32,000 nt of DNA from Candidatus Saccharimonadota bacterium (GCA_041661045.1 JBAZVE010000001.1:690001-722000), one strand, 5' to 3'; counted from the first letter of the stretch, positions 14,105 to 21,421 are shown. Translations and numbers: made by a program. Notes: generated by a model from the sequence alone, not told the origin.

Positions 14105-14473
14105 CTACTTCCCTTCGATGAGTTCTAGTAAACGACTGCAATATTCTTCAACCGCTTCAGCACCACTAGCTGTTATTGTATCAAAATTCTGTCTAAGTTC
14201 ATTCATGATGGAATCAAAGGCGGCGATAGCCTCAGGGTTGCTTAATTGCATAGCCAGATCTGCTTGATCTTCGTTATATGTGCTACGCAAATACTCTTCG
14301 TAATTACGGAGAAATCTGCGAGGGTTTCCACCTGTATCTTGCCCACTAAAGGCATATTGGATGGCCCCCATCATATTGCGTGCCTGACGATCGAGTTTAC
14401 AGCCTCGAGAAAAATTATTTCTAATAATGTCTAATACATGATCTCTTTGGCTGTCGCCGCCTTCGATACGCAT
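14105..14473 (-). CDS. hypothetical protein (first, integrase-proximal cassette ORF)
   Basis: 122-aa ORF between site R and the attI-like junction. Confidence 0.6.
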   Translation of the reverse strand: MRIEGGDSQRDHVLDIIRNNFSRGCKLDRQARNMMGAIQYAFSGQDTGGNPRRFLRNYEEYLRSTYNEDQADLAMQLSNPEAIAAFDSIMNELRQNFDTITASGAEAVEEYCSRLLELIEGK

Positions 14474-14523
14474 ATTTTTTGGATTAAGTGATTAAAAGCA
14501 TTTCTCTAAAAAATGGAATGGCA

Positions 14524-14760
14524 CATAACTCGTTTCTAACGGAAAACAGTGCGGCTAGCAAGGGGGAATGGGGTGTTTTGGTGAAATGGGGGAGGAGGAG
14601 TGAAGAAACGAGTTGTGGGGAGTGGGGTGACAAAAAGGTGAATTCTGTAAGGAATTTGTCAGGTTTTTGTCATGAATTTGTCAGAAGGGCGGGGTGGGAG
14701 TGGGAAAAATTCAGGAAAGTTTAAGGAAAAATTCAGAAAAAATTCAGGATTTTTTCAGGT
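14524..14760 (-). promoter_or_regulatory. attI-like junction and intI/cassette intergenic control region
   Basis: acataa|c at 14524-14530 is the exact complement of the site R right box gttatgt, and the cassette inverted repeat ends there. Further right lie 2x GAATTTGTCAG (14652, 14674; 22 bp apart), 3x AAAAATTCAGR (14705, 14727, 14738) and a tract of (R)TGGGG runs (14562-14704). Confidence 0.6.
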
Positions 14761-14805
14761 TTGGGCTATAGAGTGGGGGTATTCCTTACTTTTTTACTTT
14801 TACTT

Positions 14806-15618
14806 ATGGAACTCAAAGAAGCTTTGGCCTTAATGGAAAGAGAGCTTCGGCTGAGGCATTACAGCTCTAAAACGGTGAAAAATTACTTAAGATGTGTGGA
14901 GCTTTATTTTTCGGGGAAGAAAAGTTTGGCGTATCGGGAGGAGGAGCTCAAAGGGTTTTTGTTTGGGAAGCTTGAAGCTGGGGCGGCGCCGGAGACGGTG
15001 AATCTTTATCTTTGTGCGGTGAAGTTTTTTTATAAACAATGTTTGCACTTTAAGGGTATTGTGAAAGTTCGTTTTGCGCGAAGAAATGTGCGCTTGCCGG
15101 TGGTGCTTTCGAGGGAGGAGATCCTTAAGATTTTAGAATTTATTCCCAACACAAAGCACCGTTATTTGGTGGCGCTGGCGTATGGGGCGGGGCTGCGCGT
15201 GAGTGAGGTGGTTCGGTTGAGGGTTGCAGATCTTGATTTTGCACGGAAGCTGCTTGTGGTGCGAGAAGGGAAGGGTGGCAAAGCGAGGGTGACGCTTTTG
15301 CCCGAAAATTTGAGGGAAGAGCTGAAGAGTTTTGTTGTGGGGAAAGTGGCGATGGATTTTGTGTTTGAGAGTGAACGGGGTGGGGCTTTGAGTACACGGT
15401 CGGCTCAAAAGGTTTTTGCGGTGGCTTTGGAGAAAACGGGACTGCAGAAAGAGGCTTCGTTCCATTCTTTGCGGCACAGTTTTGCGACGCATTGTTTGGA
15501 AAATGGAGTGGACAGTCGCTTCATTCAAAAACTGCTTGGACACAGTGCCATTCGTACTACAGAAAGGTATACGCAAGTGAGTCAGGTGAGTTTGGCGGGA
15601 ATTCGGAGTCCACTTTAG
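14806..15618 (+). CDS. IntI-like tyrosine recombinase lacking the IntI-specific insertion
   Basis: About 270 aa from the ATG at 14806 (the track starts at TTG 14761). Blocks shared with IntI1 are RLPVVLSxEE, YGAGLRVSE, LRVADLDF, VREGKGGKAR, HSLRHSFATH, LLGHS and ERYTQV, plus the C-terminal GIRSPL. Only about 58 aa separate GKGGKAR from HSLRH, against about 105 in IntI1. Confidence 0.85.
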   Translation: MELKEALALMERELRLRHYSSKTVKNYLRCVELYFSGKKSLAYREEELKGFLFGKLEAGAAPETVNLYLCAVKFFYKQCLHFKGIVKVRFARRNVRLPVVLSREEILKILEFIPNTKHRYLVALAYGAGLRVSEVVRLRVADLDFARKLLVVREGKGGKARVTLLPENLREELKSFVVGKVAMDFVFESERGGALSTRSAQKVFAVALEKTGLQKEASFHSLRHSFATHCLENGVDSRFIQKLLGHSAIRTTERYTQVSQVSLAGIRSPL

Positions 15619-15650
15619 GGTTTTGATTTTTATCTTATGATTTTTGTGAA

Positions 15651-17081
15651 ATGATTCTTCCACTGTTATCGGCGCTGAGTTTTTTCATTGGGATTTTGGT
15701 GGCGGCGTTTGGGGAGTGGAATCTTTTGCGTGGTGAGATGGCTTGGATTTTTGTGATCGCAATGGGCTGCCTTTTTAAGAAAAGATTTTTGGGTGTTTTG
15801 ATTTTAGCCTTTTTGTTCGGGGTTTTGAGGATGAATGTGTACGAGCAGAGCTTGGGGGAGGCTTCGATTGTGGCTTTGGAGGAGGGCGTTTTTGAGGGGC
15901 GGATTGTGTCTGAAGTGGACACGCGGATTGATCACCAAAACATTATAGTGGACACGGAGTATGGAAGGATTTTGGCGGAGCTGTCCTTGTATGAGTTGGT
16001 GCACTATGGAGATTTTGTGGAACTGCGGGGCCAATTGGAAGTTCCGGAGCAGGGGAGTTCGTATGCGCGGTATTTGTTTCGAAATAAAGTTCTTTACACA
16101 ATGAACTCTGCGCGGGTGGAAGTCTTAAAGGGTGCGGGGACTTCGTTGCGGGGGTCGCTGTATGCATTTAAAGGGGTGGTGCAAAAAAGAATCAACCGGC
16201 TTTATTTTGAGCCGGAGGCGAGTTTGGTTTCCGGCTTATTGTTGGGAAGCCGAAAGGGGATGAGCGAGGAGCTCACGGCGGATTTTCAGGCGGTGGGGCT
16301 CACGCACATTGTGGCGGTTTCCGGGTACAATATTAGCCTGGTGATTGCGTTTATCTTTTGGAGTTTTTCTTTTTTGTTGATAAAAAAACGAGTGGTTTTG
16401 AGTGTGCTCATGGTGGCTCTTTTTGTCCTTTTTGTGGGAGCTTCGGCGGCGGCGGTGCGGGCGGGAATCATGGGGAGTTTGACGGCGTGGGGGCTTTACA
16501 TCGGGCGCAAGAGTCAGGCGTTTTTTGCTTTGCTGTGGAGCGCCGTGCTCATGACGATATGGAATCCGGCGATTCTCCCTTTTGATATTGGCTTTCAACT
16601 TTCCTTTGCCTCGACCCTTGGCATTTTGGTCTTTGTTCCCATCTTGGAAAAAGCTTTTCCGCTCCAAAAGATCAAGTCAAAGCTTTTGAAGGAGGCTTTG
16701 TTTTTGACCCTTAGCGCGCAGTTGGCGACAACCCCTTTTATCGCCTTTTATTTTGGACGATTTTCCATTATTTCCCTGCTTGCAAATTTGCTTGTTGCTC
16801 CGCTTTTGCCCTTCTCGATGCTGTTTTCGGCACTGTCTTTGATTGGAGGAGAACTGTTTAGCCTTTTGGCCGGAGTCTATTTAAAAGCGGTGATCGGTGT
16901 GGTGCGTTTGCTCGCAAAAATTCCCCATGCGGACATTGCGATGCCGCTGAGTTTGGAGTTTTTTATTTTCTTTTTGTGCGTGCTTGTTTTTTCGACTCTT
17001 CTTTTTTATAGATCCAAATTGGCCCGAGCTTTTGGTCTCGAATCCTGGGGAGTTTTTTCCAAGGCTCTAAACCCTCAATAA
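15651..17081 (+). CDS. comEC: ComEC/Rec2 family DNA internalisation channel (short form, no metallo-beta-lactamase domain)
   Basis: 476 aa, polytopic. LVSGLLLGSRKGMSEELTADFQAVGLTHIVAVSGYNISLV is the ComEC competence-domain signature. Confidence 0.85.
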   Translation: MILPLLSALSFFIGILVAAFGEWNLLRGEMAWIFVIAMGCLFKKRFLGVLILAFLFGVLRMNVYEQSLGEASIVALEEGVFEGRIVSEVDTRIDHQNIIVDTEYGRILAELSLYELVHYGDFVELRGQLEVPEQGSSYARYLFRNKVLYTMNSARVEVLKGAGTSLRGSLYAFKGVVQKRINRLYFEPEASLVSGLLLGSRKGMSEELTADFQAVGLTHIVAVSGYNISLVIAFIFWSFSFLLIKKRVVLSVLMVALFVLFVGASAAAVRAGIMGSLTAWGLYIGRKSQAFFALLWSAVLMTIWNPAILPFDIGFQLSFASTLGILVFVPILEKAFPLQKIKSKLLKEALFLTLSAQLATTPFIAFYFGRFSIISLLANLLVAPLLPFSMLFSALSLIGGELFSLLAGVYLKAVIGVVRLLAKIPHADIAMPLSLEFFIFFLCVLVFSTLLFYRSKLARAFGLESWGVFSKALNPQ

Positions 17082-17532
17082 GAAAGGCGTTGGACACCAC
17101 CAAGGCGCCGGGTTTGAGTTGGGGAAGCAGTTGTTCCTTCATCCGCTTCATGGAGTGGGTGAGCAAGTAACAAAAAATAATGTCCGCGTCGCTGAGGTCT
17201 TTTTTCCAGAAATTTCCGAACTTAAGTTTTGCCTTGCTGCGCCACCAAAATAGACCAAGAAATTTTGCCCAGAGCCACACGAGCGGAGAAAATTCATAAC
17301 CCACGGCATTGGCACCGTATTCTTTTGCGGCCTTGTGCACCAAACGGCCATCACCACTGCCAAGGTCGTAAACTTTCATGCCGGGTTTGATGTGTGCTGC
17401 TTTGAGCATTCGTTCCACTTGCACCATTTCGGTGGGCACAAAAGGAGCGCCTGCGATCATGGCGTAGCAAGTGGGAACAATCAGTACGATGTAGCCGAGG
17501 ATTTCGAGTGGCGAGAGGTTTGGAACTGTCAT
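16963..17532 (-). CDS. class I SAM-dependent methyltransferase
   Basis: 189 aa. Motif I is VYDLGSGDGRLV, followed by the post-I GYEFSP. The 3' end overlaps the comEC 3' end convergently. Confidence 0.75.
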   Translation of the reverse strand: MTVPNLSPLEILGYIVLIVPTCYAMIAGAPFVPTEMVQVERMLKAAHIKPGMKVYDLGSGDGRLVHKAAKEYGANAVGYEFSPLVWLWAKFLGLFWWRSKAKLKFGNFWKKDLSDADIIFCYLLTHSMKRMKEQLLPQLKPGALVVSNAFLIEGLEPWKKLPRIRDQKLGPIWIYKKEESKKQARTKRK

Positions 17533-17644
17533 TGCGGCTTCTAAAGATCGGAGCTAAGATACAGTAAAATCCAGCCATGCACTATCTCATTCTCACTGCT
17601 TTGGTCATCGTTGGGTTTCCTTATATCCTTAGCCTCCTTCAAGC

Positions 17645-18055
17645 ATGTTCTTCAAAAGTAAAACGCTCTCGCACCGTCAAACGGCCATGATTGGTTTTGT
17701 ACTCGCGCTCATGTCACTGCTCACGATTGGCATTACGGTTTTTCTTTTTATGCAAGTGGGGGAATGGCTCTACCAAAATGGAATTTATTCCATGGATCTT
17801 TTCTTTGTGGTCTTTTTTGTAACGCTCTTTTTGGCGGTCCAAGGCATTTTGCTTTTTGGATTCCCTCTTTACTACGCTCAAGATAAAAAGAGCCACATGA
17901 CTGGACTCCGCATTTTGGTCTGGGCTTTGCTGTGGATGCTCGGCTTGGTTTTTGTTTCTTCATTGATTCTTGTGCCTTTGACCGGGCAGGAATCTTTTTC
18001 TTTGGAGCAGTTGGAGTCTGAGCTCGGGACCGAAGTTACGGAAGTCCTGGAATAA
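17645..18055 (+). CDS. hypothetical integral membrane protein
   Basis: 136 aa with about 4 TM helices. Confidence 0.6.
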   Translation: MFFKSKTLSHRQTAMIGFVLALMSLLTIGITVFLFMQVGEWLYQNGIYSMDLFFVVFFVTLFLAVQGILLFGFPLYYAQDKKSHMTGLRILVWALLWMLGLVFVSSLILVPLTGQESFSLEQLESELGTEVTEVLE

Positions 18056-18073
18056 TGGGTTTTGCTTTGGTCG

Positions 18074-18106
18074 AAAAAAGCCCTGCCGGATGGCGGGGCT
18101 TTTTTA
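18074..18106. terminator. bidirectional Rho-independent terminator
   Basis: aaaaaagccctgcc-ggat-ggcggggcttttttt. A GC-rich 9-bp stem with one G.T pair is flanked by an A-tract and a T-tract. It lies between convergent genes. Confidence 0.75.
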
Positions 18107-18124
18107 CTTAAGAAGCAAGGAAAA

Positions 18125-18322
18125 TTAAGCTTTCTTGAGCATTGGAAGCCCAGTTCGCTTGTTTTCGGTCGTCTTGTATCCATCTGGGAGAGCATCGAGA
18201 GCATCATCTTTTTCTTTGCGAGCAAAGTAATAGATTTGCTGTTTGCGTCCTCCGCGGAGGGTAACCATCTTTCCGTGAAGGAAGTAGGTTTGACCTTTGC
18301 TGTTTGTGACTGAGTAAGCCAT
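18125..18322 (-). CDS. small basic conserved-looking hypothetical protein
   Basis: 65-aa ORF (KGQTYFLHGK..LRGGRKQQIYYFARK..LPDGY..ENKRTGLPMLKK). The terminator lies directly downstream. Confidence 0.5.
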   Translation of the reverse strand: MAYSVTNSKGQTYFLHGKMVTLRGGRKQQIYYFARKEKDDALDALPDGYKTTENKRTGLPMLKKA

Positions 18323-18476
18323 AAACGATAGGGGTTAGGGGTTAAACTGATCCGATTATAGTAACCTGTTATCAGGTTGGAAAGCGCAAAGGCTTGCAAA
18401 ATATAGAAGCTGTGGTGTCTTTCAGATCAGCCAACCTGAAAAATCGCCCTTCCGTGGCCGACCTTTTTAGTGCCTA

Positions 18477-18504
18477 TTGACTTCAAAAAGCTTCTCAATA
18501 TACT
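18477..18504 (+). promoter_or_regulatory. sigma70-like promoter TTGACT-N16-TATACT upstream of tRNA-Glu
   Basis: The -35 is at 18477-18482 and the -10 at 18499-18504, about 44 nt upstream of the tRNA 5' end. Confidence 0.55.
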
Positions 18505-18547
18505 GGACTAGCCCTCAAACAGGAGCAGATTTGGCTTCGCCGAACAG

Positions 18548-18622
18548 GGTCCCATCGTCTAACGGTTAGGACAACAGGTTTTCATCCTGTAAATCGGAGT
18601 TCGATTCTCCGTGGGATCACCA
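18548..18622 (+). tRNA. tRNA-Glu (anticodon UUC), CCA encoded
   Basis: Cloverleaf by hand. The acceptor stem is GGTCCCA/TGGGATC, the D stem GTCT/GGAC and the anticodon stem ACAGG/CCTGT with loop TTTTCAT (TTC). The T arm is CGGAG-TTCGATT-CTCCG, followed by a discriminator A and CCA. Confidence 0.9.
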
Positions 18623-18674
18623 CACAAACAAGACCGCCCGCAGGGTGGAGTTCTTGGCGGGGGTTTGCGAGCGT

Positions 18675-19655
18675 TTAGCGATCTTTTCTCACTCGAAAGA
18701 GGTGAAAGCCTACACGACTATTATACTGAAAAGGAAGGTACAGGCTTTTATCTGGTTCTACTTTTTCAAACCTGTCTTTTGGAATGTATTTCAAATATTG
18801 ATCACCATCGGAAACAATAAAGAAAAATGAATCGTCGTGGCATAATTCCCAGATCTCATCACAACTTTTTTCTATTTTTGTTCTACCTATAACTCCATTG
18901 GTTTGATCTATTAAGAATGGCACAATTGCAGAGTCAAAATGGTTATTTCTATCCGCAAGCACCCTTGTTATTGAATGAGAGAAATTCCATAAATCTCCTA
19001 ATTCTGCTCTTTGTATATGCAGATTTTCTAGTGGCTGAGCTTTTTCATTGGCTATTACCCATCTTTTTATTAGGTTCGTATAATATTCACTATCACCTAA
19101 TTTTGACTCCAATTTTGCCCGACTTGGAGCTTTGTAGCCTGGATATATGGGGTCAAGAACATTGGGAGTAAAATGTATTCGACCTATGGAAGGAGTAAGT
19201 GGCGCTATTACAAGTTCCCCTAAAGTAAAATTTGTTTCTGGGTCTTTCTTATAGTAATAGCGTTGAATTGCCTCTTGCCACGCTACAGTTACAGGGTCTG
19301 AATCCACAACGGTGACTTCTGCGGCCTGTCCATAATTTGCAAGAATATTTCCGTTAGCACCAAATCCTGAAACAATAAGGATGTTTTTAGCATTAATAAG
19401 CTGAGCCCTTAAGAGTTCTTGCACTCTTGCAGCACTTGGTGTTCGGATATTTCCATCCGATTTGTCGGCTTGCTCCGGGTCTGAATAATCCGGATATTCA
19501 AAGAGTTCACCTTTCTTTGTTCGTGCAACACATTCCAACAGAGCTGCTTCAAAACCCTCTCCCGATAAGTCTAACCCTCTATTGACTGCATTGGACCTTA
19601 GTCTGGTTCCGTCAATGATGATTCTACGGTCTGCCTCAGTAAGTCCATTGTCCAT
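18675..19655 (-). CDS. hypothetical protein (possible Rossmann-like core)
   Basis: 326-aa ORF. ILIVSGFGANG...VTVVDSD is vaguely like a nucleotide-binding fold. No confident family. Confidence 0.6.
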   Translation of the reverse strand: MDNGLTEADRRIIIDGTRLRSNAVNRGLDLSGEGFEAALLECVARTKKGELFEYPDYSDPEQADKSDGNIRTPSAARVQELLRAQLINAKNILIVSGFGANGNILANYGQAAEVTVVDSDPVTVAWQEAIQRYYYKKDPETNFTLGELVIAPLTPSIGRIHFTPNVLDPIYPGYKAPSRAKLESKLGDSEYYTNLIKRWVIANEKAQPLENLHIQRAELGDLWNFSHSITRVLADRNNHFDSAIVPFLIDQTNGVIGRTKIEKSCDEIWELCHDDSFFFIVSDGDQYLKYIPKDRFEKVEPDKSLYLPFQYNSRVGFHLFRVRKDR

Positions 19656-19761
19656 GCGTAGATTTTAACATAGAATGAAGGCCTGTCAAATAGCTGGAAA
19701 AAGAGTAAGTAAAAATTATTGCTTGAATAAAATCCGTCCGCCTCTTTCGATAGAGTGCAAG

Positions 19762-20331
19762 CTACGCTTTAATGAGTGCCTTCGCACCCACTCGTCTATG
19801 TTGACTTATTTCAGTTCTAATTTCTTCGATCCGTGCATCGTCCAATCTTTTGCTCTTGAATGCTGCCAGTACAGCTTCTCTTGTGAGGCCAATTTCTTTG
19901 GCAACGCCTCTAATAATGTCCTCTGCCTCTTGAAGACTGAGGGTGCCAGAGTCCAAGTTGATCAGGGGTGGCTCTGCTTGTAGGTCCATGCCACTAATGA
20001 GTCGATCCGCCAGGTCTATTGCATAGTAGTGGTCTGTAGACCTTGTTTCATCAAGAATCTGCATGAGTGCTTGATGCATTTGGGCTTTCAGTTTTAGTGC
20101 CCTTTCCACTTTTGCACTGAATGCTGGTTCTGAATCTGCTTGAATCTTTTGACTGGCTGCTAATTCTTCTTCTTCTACTTTATGTTGTACCCTTAACCTT
20201 AACAATTCTGCTTCGTGCTTTTGATGAAGATGCCTTCGCTCGGTGCTTTGACCTTCTTCTAATTTCGCTCTTTTCCACTCCAGCTCACCAATGTCTTGGA
20301 AGCCTCCGTAAATGTCCTTGAGGTCGGTCAT
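19762..20331 (-). CDS. hypothetical coiled-coil protein
   Basis: 189-aa ORF, highly charged with a heptad-like N-terminal half. Confidence 0.6.
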   Translation of the reverse strand: MTDLKDIYGGFQDIGELEWKRAKLEEGQSTERRHLHQKHEAELLRLRVQHKVEEEELAASQKIQADSEPAFSAKVERALKLKAQMHQALMQILDETRSTDHYYAIDLADRLISGMDLQAEPPLINLDSGTLSLQEAEDIIRGVAKEIGLTREAVLAAFKSKRLDDARIEEIRTEISQHRRVGAKALIKA

Positions 20332-20472
20332 TTTTGTAAATTATGGGCAAGAGGGGATTAAACCACATATGTTGAGACTGTGTCAATCCCGTGTAGGTTG
20401 ATGTCATTGGAACATGCCAATTTGCGCTTTCTATTCTTTGATGATAACCTTTTTTCATCTTCACCTCGCCAT

Positions 20473-21348
20473 ATGAAAAAACTTACACTCTTTATTCTTG
20501 CGCTCTTCGTTTTGAGCGGTTGTAGCTCTTTTGGGACTCGGGACACGGTAACGGATTCTGATTTTGGCAGTACGGATGCACCTAAAATGATGGAGGAGAG
20601 TTATGAAATGGCGGCGGACAGTGTCGAGAGGAAGATGGATTCTTCTTTGGTGATCAATGGGGGTGGGGTGGTGGAAGGGGTGGAGCAAAAAGTGATTAAA
20701 ACGGGATCGCTCGCCTTGCACATGGAGAGTGTTCAAGATGGAGTGGCTGCTATCCAGTCTAATGTTAAGCTTTGGGGTGGGGAAGTAAGTGCCTCCAATG
20801 TGAATCGTTATGAAAATGCTTATGTTGCGAACATGACGGTGAAAGTGCCTTCTGCCCAGTTTGATACCGCTTTGGCGGGACTCAAGGCTTTGGCGGTTTA
20901 TGTGGACAGCGAAAGCACCAATGCGTCCAATGTGACGGAAGCGTACATGGATCTTGAAGCACGCCTGAGTAATGCAAAAGAAGCGGAAGTTCAGTACCTT
21001 GCTATTTTGGACAGGGCCACGACGGTGGAGGAGATTTTACAGGTTACCGATTATCTTTCCGCGGTTCGATATGAGATTGAAAGCATTGAAGGACAGCTGA
21101 AATATTACGACAGCACCGTGGACTATTCCACCATTGAGCTTTATTTAACCGAAGATGAAAGTGTTCAGGCGGTGCAAGAAACTTGGAGGCCGCTCAGCAC
21201 TTTGCGGGAGGCCTTGAGCAACTGGGCTGTCTTTTTGCAGGATTTGGCGGACTCCGCCATTTATCTCCTTATTTTTGGCTGGCCTCTGATTTTGGTGGGC
21301 ATTGCCCTTTGGATCTGGAGACGAGGCCGCGGAAAAAAACGGAAATAG
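20473..21348 (+). CDS. DUF4349-like lipoprotein
   Basis: The track ORF is trimmed to MKKLTLFILALFVLSGC (lipobox). It has the pattern VIKTGSLALHMESV...MTVKVPSAQFDTALAGLKAL...YMDLEARL..., a coiled segment and a C-terminal TM helix, as in DUF4349 proteins. Confidence 0.75.
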   Translation: MKKLTLFILALFVLSGCSSFGTRDTVTDSDFGSTDAPKMMEESYEMAADSVERKMDSSLVINGGGVVEGVEQKVIKTGSLALHMESVQDGVAAIQSNVKLWGGEVSASNVNRYENAYVANMTVKVPSAQFDTALAGLKALAVYVDSESTNASNVTEAYMDLEARLSNAKEAEVQYLAILDRATTVEEILQVTDYLSAVRYEIESIEGQLKYYDSTVDYSTIELYLTEDESVQAVQETWRPLSTLREALSNWAVFLQDLADSAIYLLIFGWPLILVGIALWIWRRGRGKKRK

Positions 21349-21359
21349 GATGTAAATAA

Positions 21360-21421
21360 GAGGGATGAAAGACTTGCTCGCTACGAGAGCCTTTATGTAG
21401 CTCACAAGTCCTTCATTCCTC
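21360..21421. repeat. 17-bp-arm inverted repeat between convergent genes (possible terminator)
   Basis: gagggatgaaagacttg (21360-21376) pairs with caagtccttcattcctc (21405-21421) with 2 mismatches and a 28-nt loop. There is no clear T-tract. Confidence 0.4.

Larger units (their letters stand above)
2523..15618 (-). mobile_element. integron-like platform: IntI-like recombinase + attI-like region + about 19 gene cassettes
   Basis: A tyrosine recombinase sits at the proximal end, divergent from an array of short ORFs separated by RYYYAAC...GTTRRRY palindromic sites. See the individual features. A further remnant site lies at 1648. Confidence 0.8.

Noticed and set aside
14534-14540. TTCTAAC (reverse complement GTTAGAA) as the attI crossover box.
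   Set aside because: The first cassette's inverted repeat and the exact complement of site R's right box end at 14524-14530 (acataa|c). That places the junction 4-10 nt to the left. TTCTAAC may still be part of attI.
14761-14805. TTG start at 14761 for the recombinase (285 aa in the track).
   Set aside because: The extra 15 residues (GYRVGVFLTFLLLL) are hydrophobic and unlike any recombinase N-terminus. The ATG at 14806 (MELKEALALMEREL) starts the expected core-binding helix.
2523-15618. Retron, group II intron or other reverse-transcriptase-linked structured repeats. Group IIC introns do target attC sites.
   Set aside because: No reverse transcriptase, maturase or intron domain V/VI-like sequence is present in the window.
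17577-17690. 37-aa hydrophobic mini-ORF (MHYLILTALVIVGFPYILSLLQACSS...) upstream of the membrane protein gene.
   Set aside because: It has no ribosome-binding site or conservation evidence, and it overlaps the start of ORF 17645-18055 in another frame. It cannot be supported from sequence alone.
20380-20472. Upstream-extended starts in the track for the DUF4349 lipoprotein (20380), ackA (29045) and the large membrane protein (25667).
   Set aside because: Internal ATGs give canonical N-termini: the lipobox signal peptide, MAILVLNAGSSS of acetate kinase, and MFLQLQQ. The extensions have no family support, and the ackA extension would overlap the antitoxin gene.
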